From: the human T2T-CHM13v2.0 reference genome, Homo sapiens
NCBI RefSeq assembly: GCF_009914755.1
Contig: NC_060927.1
DNA: 64,000 bases
Reading direction: 5' to 3' (one strand)
Positions 54,546 to 64,000 of this stretch are shown piece after piece; within the stretch, counting starts at the first letter, position 1; each line of letters opens with the position of its first letter. The position numbers and the translations under genes were made by a program. The notes under the pieces are model-generated. The model worked only from the letters and a program-made list of their open reading frames with translations. It did no database searches and was not told the origin of the DNA.

Positions 54546-56072
54546 TTTCCTATAGCTCTTCTGAGTTCCTAGAAAAGAGACCAAAACAAGCCCCCAAAAC
54601 TAAGTTTCAAAAACCCTCTAGTCTTGTGGGCCTCTCCTGATGAAGCGCAATGAAGGGCGTCTGCCTCAGGTCTGCTAGGGCCTTGGTGAGGGCATCCCCG
54701 AGGGTAAAGGTACTCAAAAAAGTGCCCGCCATGAGGCCAGCCAGGTAGCACTGCAGTGCTCTTCCTAGCTATAAAATACACTCCCTGGCCAGCCTCAGAG
54801 CTGCTGCTGGAAGCGAGTCTTGCAGGAATTGATGTTGAATCTAGAGCCGAAATCACCCTCCTTGCACCCCTGTCCCAGCCGTGACAGCAGATACTGGCTG
54901 GCTGTTTCCAGTTCCTCCTTGGGAACCTCCAGGGTCTTCATCCCCATGTGTCTGTCCTTCCAGTTAGGGTTGGGAGAGGTCACCAGTCCCCTGGGCATTC
55001 ATGGTTGTGCGCATGTGGGTTTATTTCTGCTGGGCTGGCAGAGTGAGAGGGATCAGGGCAAAAGCATGTGGTTAGCTTCCTGATATACTGCCCGTCAATA
55101 TTCCTGTCGGATGGTAATAGCTCTGGATTAATTCCCTTTCTACACACTTCTTCATTAAGAGCATGGTCTTTAGCCTAGGGAGGGATGGAATGTACATGCT
55201 TTAGGGAGTTTGGAGCTCAGGACAGGTGAACTGAGAGCAGAGAGCTCATAGCTGCCTGGCTTTGTATCTCATGCCAGAGTGCTTCTGAGAATCCCCAGTG
55301 ATCAAGAAACCACTTTTGCAGTGTTTGAGGGACCTGGAGTAAAGGACAAATGTCAAGAGGCCAGAGACCAGCAGTGTCATCCTGCGTTTCCTAAGTGCAG
55401 AAAGGGTGAATTCTGGAAATCACAGTGTTCCAGGTGTCAGTCCCAGGCCAAATACGGAGTGATTTGGAGACAGACCATTTTAGAGACTCACAGAAACAAA
55501 TTGGGATCCATCAACATAGCAGACCACAGCTTCTACTCCAGATCGCTGAATGCGCCGCTTGGTTTGTTTCTTGGGATAGGATTGCTAAGCTTGATGAATT
55601 AGCGTGTCTTTCTTTTATCAAGACATTTGACAAAATGAGTTGCTGTTTTCCTCACTGTGATGGGGAGAATCAGACAGGATGGAGCTACCCTGAGGGGAAG
55701 CATCCCCTGGATACATTGTGACTGTGAATCTGGCCTGAGTCTGTCTAGAGGGTATGTACTTGTTTTTAATCAGCAACTTTGTTAATGCTATAAAAAGGCA
55801 TACTTTCACATTTGGCAGGGTTAGCCTTGGGAAAAGGCTGACCAGCTGAAATGTCAGACCATGCATTGACATTTTGAAGTACCCCAACAAACCGAAATAG
55901 TGGGGCTCAAACTAAAAAGCTGATTTATTTTTTATGACTCTATGCTAATTATAAAAGTAATACATGTACATTTTATCAAGGGATAATATAGGAAAGTATA
56001 GAGAAGAAAATTAAAATGCTTCCTGATACTGATTCCCAGAGAAAACCTGGTCTTTCTTTGCAGTGTTGTTTG

Positions 56073-56352
56073 TTTTCTTTTCTTTTCTTTTCTTTTCCTT
56101 TTCTTTTCCTTTTCTTTTCTTTTCTTTTCCTTTTCTTTTCTTTCTTTTTTTGACATAGAGTTTTGCTCTGTCACTCAGGCTGGAGTGCAGTGGCACAAAC
56201 ACAGCTCACTGCAGCCTCGACCTCCTGGACCCAAGTGATCCTCCCACCTCAGCCTCCTGTGTAGTTGGGACTACAGGTGCACACCGCCACACCTGGCTAA
56301 TTTTTAAATTTTTTGTAAAGACGGGGTCTCACTTTGTTGCCCAGGCTGGTCT
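56073..56352 (-). mobile_element. AluJ, 5'-truncated, with tail expanded into a (TTTTC)n microsatellite (56073-56151)
   Basis: Pyrimidine pentamer tract followed by gacatagagttttgctctgtcactcaggctggagtgcagtgg. Confidence 0.88.
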
Positions 56353-57855
56353 GCTTTGTTGCTTCTATGCCTGTAGTAAGTACCCAGTCAATGTTAGTTT
56401 CTTTCCCGGTCCTGCTTAGAAAGGCCAGGAAGGGAAAGGGTCTTCAGCTTTCCTCTGACCTGTGCCACCCCAGGGGGGTGCTCTCTGGCACCTGTGGGTT
56501 CCAGAGGCAAGGCACTTGCTTCTCTGCCTGGAACTGATGGGATGCTTGTGAGGCTGCCCTGCTGGGCTCTCAGCAGGAAAGGCACACGGCACCCCTCCCC
56601 GTTCTGTGTTACCCATCACCGTAAGTGATGACTGACCTGGAGACACCATGGGCCCTGCTCCTTTACCCTCTTCCCAGCACTCCTGCCACTCACTTCCCAC
56701 CTCATCTGCCCCCATCTCCCCATTGTCTTTCTTCCCTCTCTCTCCCAGCAAGAGCCCATTAGAAACCCTCCACAGATACTTCAGTGGCCTCTCCAACTGA
56801 TGCCTAAGTTGTCACTAAATAAATGAGCCCAGGGCAGCCACGGTGCTAGGCCCTTCATATGGGCGATCTCTATTCTGCCACAGGCCACACTGAGATTTAC
56901 AGCCAGGTTTGCCCCACAGCCCTGTCCCCCAGGAGCTGGGCCGGGCCTCCTGGGCAGGACAGGCCGAGTGTGAGCAGAGGGCTCTGAGAGGGGTGTGTCT
57001 GTGGTGCTGCCTGGACCCAAGGCCAGGAGCCGCCTCTCTTGCTAGCACTTGGCTTCCCGTTTGTAGCGAGGCTTCGTGCCTGACCTCCCTCTGGTCCTCA
57101 CAGTGGGGCCTCACATGCAGCCCCAGGCCCGGTTTTCCCACCCTGCAGGCGACGGAGATGCTCTCTGCAAATGGTGTGTCAGGAGGACAGTGGCTGCTGC
57201 CACCCGTGGCACCTTTTTGTTTGTGTTTTTCTGCGGCGTTCCATATGAGAGAAGTCAGAGTGTGTGTGGCCACTCATCTCCTCTTGTCACTGTTTTTTGT
57301 CCCTCTCTAGTAACTTCAGGTCTGCATTAGCAGGGGAAGGACAAGCTGCTGTGGCACTACCTGAGTAGACATCATTTATATGGGGATGTTCAGGGGAGCA
57401 AGGGGGGCATCCCAGAGAGGGGTGTTCCTGAGCAGCTCGTCTCTCCTAGGCCTGTGGACACCCATGCAGGTTCTGGGGATCCTGAGGACCCCCTGCTCTT
57501 CCTCTCCCCTGTGCTACAGGGCTTCTTGGGGACCACGTGGCTCTACCCTTGCCTACCCCCTGACTCATCGACCCATTTTCCTTAGCAACAGGTCTGAGAT
57601 GGGATGTTTTCTTTGCCATATCTTGCCTCCAGCATGTATCTGCACTGCCTTCCAGGAGCCGGGCTGTTTCTGGCAGCAGGTCCCCATCAGACTCAAGATT
57701 TTCTGCTGTCATCTTTTTTTTTAAGCTTTTAACTGTATTTTTGTCTTATTCTCAAAGCAATATATAACCTTTGTAGAAAATCTAGAAGGTATAGTAAAAT
57801 ATAGGTGATTAAGGAAAGAAACTACCTATAATCCCCATTATCCAGAGGTAACAAC

Positions 57856-57888
<33 letters not shown>

Positions 57889-58044
57889 TGGCATCATTCT
57901 TGCTAGTCTTTTTCATTTTTTTGGTCTTATTTTTAACTTTTATTTTTTAAAAGAGGATACCATAAAATCGACCTTTTTTTTTTTTTTTAATCACATGTAT
58001 AGATTTGTGTAACTATCATGCCACGAAGGGCCTTCATGCTGTCA

Positions 58045-58349
58045 TTTTATTTTATTCATTTATTTATTTCTGTTTTTTTTCTTTTCTTTTTTTAGAGACA
58101 GGGTCTCACTATGTTGCTCAGGCTGGCCTCAAACTCCTGGGCTTAAATGATCCTTCCACTTCAGCCTCCTGAGTAGCTGGGACTACAGGCACGGGCCACC
58201 ACGCCTGGCTAATTTTTTGGATTTCTTTTTGTAGAAATGGAGTCTCCCTATGTTGCTCAGGCTGGTCTTGAACTCCTGGGCTCAAGTGATTCTCCTGCCT
58301 CGGCCTCCCAAGCAGCTGGGATTATAGGCATGAGCCACTGCACTTGGCC
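58045..58349 (-). mobile_element. Atypical old Alu dimer (two left-arm/FLAM-like monomers)
   Basis: Neither arm contains the right-arm-specific insert (gagtgcagtggc...gctcactgc). Confidence 0.8.
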
Positions 58350-58573
58350 ACTTGTATTTTCTAATTGCACAAATAATTTAAGAATAATATTAACAGCATT
58401 CTTGTTATCAGCAGTGCAAGGTTCAAGGGATACATAAGAATATAGTGCAGACAGTGAAAATCCCTCACTCTCCACGCCGTGCCCCTTCTCAGGGCTGGTC
58501 ACCACTCACAGTAGAGGATGGATCCTTCCTTCTCCTTCCGCAGTGCTTCTACCTAAACAACAGGGGGTTGGTT

Positions 58574-59620
<1,047 letters not shown>

Positions 59621-59629
59621 CTTTGTAGC

Positions 59630-59900
59630 TGAGTAATAGCTATTATATTTATTGGTCACTGATCACACTTACTATGGATCAGGCGTTGTTCTAGGTACTT
59701 TCCATATTTTAACAGATTTAGTCTTCATAAAAAATTCGTGAATTTGATGTCATGATTAATTATTCTCATTTTATAAGTAAGGACGGGGAGACACCAAGAG
59801 GTCAAGAAACGTGCCAAAGGTCACATAGCCAAAAAGTGCAGCCAGGATGAAATCCCAGGCTGTCCCAGAGGCCACAGCCTAACCACTGAGCCATTCTGCA
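59630..59900 (-). mobile_element. MIR
   Basis: aggcgttgttctaggtacttt...ctcattttataagtaagg...gccaaaggtcacatagc. Confidence 0.7.
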
Positions 59901-60072
59901 AGTCTGCCTTCTCCCATCCTGACCTCTGGGATTTGTGGGTTGTTTAGGAAATTCTCCCTTAGGATATTAAAATAGTGCCCTATATTTTGTTATAATGTTT
60001 TTATTTTTTAATTTCTTTCTTTAATTCATCTCTATTTTTCATTTGTCTATTGTGCCAGGTGGGAGGAAGGGA

Positions 60073-60358
<286 letters not shown>

Positions 60359-62099
60359 TAATTTTATTTATTTAAGTCTTTTCTATGCATCTTTTTCCTT
60401 TACATAGTCCCCTTAACATTATCTTGTAGGTATTTTCATATGTTATTAAAAATGCTTTTTTTTGTACGTGCTTTTTGTGGCCACATAATATTCTGCTGTA
60501 GAATATAATGACACTGTAAATTGGTTAACTAGCATCATAATGTTGAAGGTTTGAGTTGTTTACCATATTTCCCATTATAAATCATGCTGCAAAGAACATT
60601 TTAATGCAAAAATATTTGTCTACATGTCTGATTATTTCCTTAGGATAGGAACCTAGAAGTAAAATTTTAAAAGCTTGTTTATCCACATTTTGTGCTAACA
60701 TAAAGGAAAAAACAAACTCTTTGCATAAGAAGAGGGGTCATGTGATGAATAGAGGCATCTGTGAGTGTGTGAGTCTGCCCCAAGATGCCTGTAACTGTCA
60801 AGGAGTCCACTTTGGTGCTTATGCGTTTGGAAGCCTTAAAAGAGCTCTGAGGTCTCTGTAGGCCCCTCCACGCCCGTATTTCTGCTGGCATTTGTAGGAA
60901 ACCCTCCCTCCCTGGCATGCCCCAAGCCAAATTCCAAGCAAGGCAGGAACCAGGCTCTTCTAGAGGCCCAAGTACTACCCCAGTACCCTGGCTACCAGGG
61001 AGCTTTACAGATTAATCTGGTCCTCTGGGAAATTCTGGTTCCAGCATCCAGGAAAGCCCTATAGCTGGCCTGTAGTAAAATCATAAGTATAATTGAATTT
61101 AATGAAATCCAGACGAATCCGAGGGCTTTGGGTTGACAGGAAGCCAACATTCCCACAGCCAGAAAAGAGCATGATCAAGGAGTTGATGTGCAGACCTCTA
61201 TGCCAGATCACGGAAATCGGAGTAAGTGCACTTACACAGATGATAAAAGCCCAACAAGGAAGTTTAGCAATAAAACTTAATGGCCTCTCAAATCACAATC
61301 AGGACACAAAATGCAGTGGGCCGGAGTCCCGCTCCCTGCATGTAACCCTCCTCCTCCAACTGTCCCACAGCCAGGGACATCATGAAGGCCAGGCCCAGGA
61401 GGCTGGTCCTCAGGTCACCGCCAGCTCTATCCATCACCCGCGGCTCCCCAAGACAGGAGGGTGTCTGGAAGGGAGGTGTTTTCTCAGCCAGACCTTTCTC
61501 CTCCTCTGGGCCTGGCCAGGCTCCTCATCTTAAACTCTGTTTGCAGAAGTTTATTGCTTAGCCTTAGTGTCTTATTCAGGGTCAGAGGGAATTGATGCTA
61601 GAATTGAAAACCTTAACAATATCAAGAGAATTCTAGGGTATGTATGGGAAACTTTAGAACAGCATCCTTAGATGTTAGAGATTTTGGGAGACACTTTTCT
61701 CCTAGTGAGGTGCAGAGGAGGCGCAAAGATGGTAGTGGGGAGGAGAGGAGAGGGGATGTGCATAGTAACTGGCTTGGTTGCCAGTTCTACTAATTAGAGG
61801 TGTTTAGTCAAATTAACGACTATTTGAGTGCAAGCCATGACCCTTGCCCATAAAGAATTTAGTCCTGCCAAACCTTGTGTGTACAGGTGTAAACCTAACA
61901 ACCTAACAAGTCATGAGGCTAATTCATTCAGAAAGTGTGTGGAGCAGCGTGGTCAGTATCAGGAATATGGTGGCCAATTAGACAAGACAGCCGAGCCCCT
62001 GCCTGCACATACAGAGCCTCCATTCCAGTTGAGGGGATGGGCAGGGAACAAGTGAGCAGATTACTCCAGCTGCTTTGAGTACAATTGAGAAAATAAAAC

Positions 62100-62510
62100 A
62101 GGATATTGGGAGAGGGCATGATAGCATGAGGCGCCTTTGGGATAGGTGGTCAGGGAGGGTCTCCTAGAAGGTGAAATTTGAGTGGAAGCCTGAGTGGCTG
62201 ATGTAAAGAGGGGTAAGCCGCATACAGACCTGGGGGAAGATGTTGGTATGTATGCTCCAGGTGGGTAGGAAAGAACATGTTCCAGGGCCCTGGGGTAGAA
62301 ATGAACTTGGTGTGTTGGGAGAAGAGGAGAGCCAGAGGCTGCAGTAGAAGTGACCTGAGTTGAGGTTGAAGGTAGGCAGGACTCAGCTTGTGTGGGGTCT
62401 GTAGCCATAATAAGTTTGGATTTGAATCTACCTGTGATAGGAAGCCACTGTAAAGTTTTAAGCAAAGGGATCTGATCTGATTGATGTTTTGAAATATACC
62501 CCGGCTGCCC
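62100..62510 (-). mobile_element. L2 fragment
   Basis: ggtggtcagggagggtctcctagaaggtgaaatttgag...gaagccactgtaaagttttaagca is typical antisense L2. Confidence 0.75.
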
Positions 62511-64000
62511 TTAAATATCAGAAGACAGCAATATCACAGTCACAAAGCAACACAAAATTAAATGCCATAGAAATATCTGAATAAGAAGTATTTTGTAATT
62601 AGAAGAGAGACAGATCATTCGATGGGGCTACAGTGAACTGGGAAGACTCAAAGCAGGGGCCAGAACAAAGGTAGGATTGCGAGGGGTTGTCCAGGGTGGA
62701 TGTTGCCTATCCATCAGAGCAGGGGCTGGGAGGAAGAGGTGGCAGGTGGTGATGGCCCTGGGGGATTTGTCACTTCGTCTTCCAGAGCTACAATTTCTGG
62801 CACTGTAAAACGGACCTACTGAGCTGTGTCATGTGTCTGGTGGGGCTGCTGCGATAGAGTGTGGAAGCCCAGCACAGACAGCGAGTGCTTTCCTTATAGA
62901 GGTGGGGAATTCTGGGAGCTGAGGCCAAAGCCCAGGAGACAGCCATGTGTGCGAGCTGCAGAAACTGGAGGTCTCCTGGTATTGACCCCAGCTGGCTTCC
63001 CATGCCTGTGGCAGACGTTGCAAGTTGGTCACAGCTCCTCTTCCCAGTGAGCGAGTTCTCAGACTCAGCCTCTGTCTCAGGCCCACCGCTGATGGAAGCT
63101 GGCAGGTGGAATGAAACCCACTTGCCACCCTAGCAGGGCAGTGGCATCAAAGGCCTGGAGCCTGATAAAGGGATGAAGTAAACCTCCCTACCAGCACACA
63201 GTGAATTCTCATCTTCAGGAGTCCTGCCACATCAACTGGGTCACTTTAGAAAGCAACAGTGATTCTCAGTGAATGGCAATGGCTGGCTTTTCTTTGTCTT
63301 CCCTCCCCTGATTCCTACTCCAGTCCCACTGTCCATCTTGACCATGGGCCCTGCCAGCAGCTGGCCTAACAGCACCATCCATATCATGGAGGGTATGGGG
63401 AGAGTGGTCAAGGGAGCCTCTCTTTCCTGCCTCTCCCACCTCCCTGGAGGCCACCCAGGGCCTCATGCCTGCATTTCCCGAGGCCTCCCAGTGTGTCCTC
63501 CACTATGTGCTGCTGGGCTGAGTCAGTCTGTCTCAGGGCAGTGGACCTTTGGGGACTTTGCATGGACCACTCACATCTCTCCAGAGCAGGTTGAACTCTC
63601 GGGCGATAGACTCACCGCCGCAGGAGAGTCTCTGAGCTTCCTTCTCCTGCAGTTTGTTCAGGCAGGGTGAGCCCCCTCACTCTGCCCCAGTCAGGGGAGG
63701 TCAGCCTGAAAGCAGGAGAGTGGGGGGCTCACCTTGGACAGGTGCAGGGAGCAGCAGCTTGGGGTTGCCCCCGGGGCAGGGAGATCCCTTTAAGAGCTGT
63801 AGAACTTTTTCATCCTGACCGTGGCCCCAAAGGATGGTTTACTCCACTCTATTTTAGTGAGAAGCAAAAAAATAATTTTTTAATCTTAATATACCTCATA
63901 TTAAGTCAGTAGAACCTTCTGCAGATTATTCCATTTACTCCTGACATGTGGGCCAGTGTGGAAAGACATCTAAGCCTGGGCCCCTGTGCATCAGCTCTCC

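Noticed and set aside
55787-55799. TATA-like gctataaaaaggc
   Set aside because: No CpG island, initiator context or downstream exon evidence; not supportable as an internal promoter.
61222-61235. Perfect 14-bp palindrome GTAAGTGCACTTAC carrying a donor hexamer on both strands
   Set aside because: About 64000/4^7, roughly 4, such palindromes are expected by chance, and there is no convincing upstream acceptor.

Overview
Primate, almost certainly human, genomic DNA lying entirely inside one + strand gene: PDIA5 (protein disulfide isomerase A5 / PDIR). I reconstructed 10 internal coding exons by hand (exons 2-11 by the numbering I recall; 868 nt). All introns are GT-AG and the phases join into one open frame. 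The frame covers the end of the signal peptide, the N-terminal non-catalytic thioredoxin-like domain, the first catalytic domain (WCSMC) and the start of the second (..MFHAP|W). Exon 1 and exons 12 onward lie outside the window. The rest is intron, filled with about 20 Alu/FLAM elements, MIRs, old L1/L2/CR1 fragments, DNA-transposon fossils (MER2, MER5A, MER58A, Charlie-like) and microsatellites. Almost all ORFs in the supplied track are spurious. I found no previously undescribed biological system. The points most worth checking are: a head-to-head inverted Alu pair only 28 bp apart; extra strong splice sites in the short intron 4; a GATA/E-box/ETS/RUNX motif cluster in intron 7; sequence similarity that extends into the introns at two paralogous thioredoxin-domain splice donors; and several nested or chimeric retroelements. 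Repeat subfamily names come from remembered consensus sequences and need RepeatMasker/Dfam confirmation.
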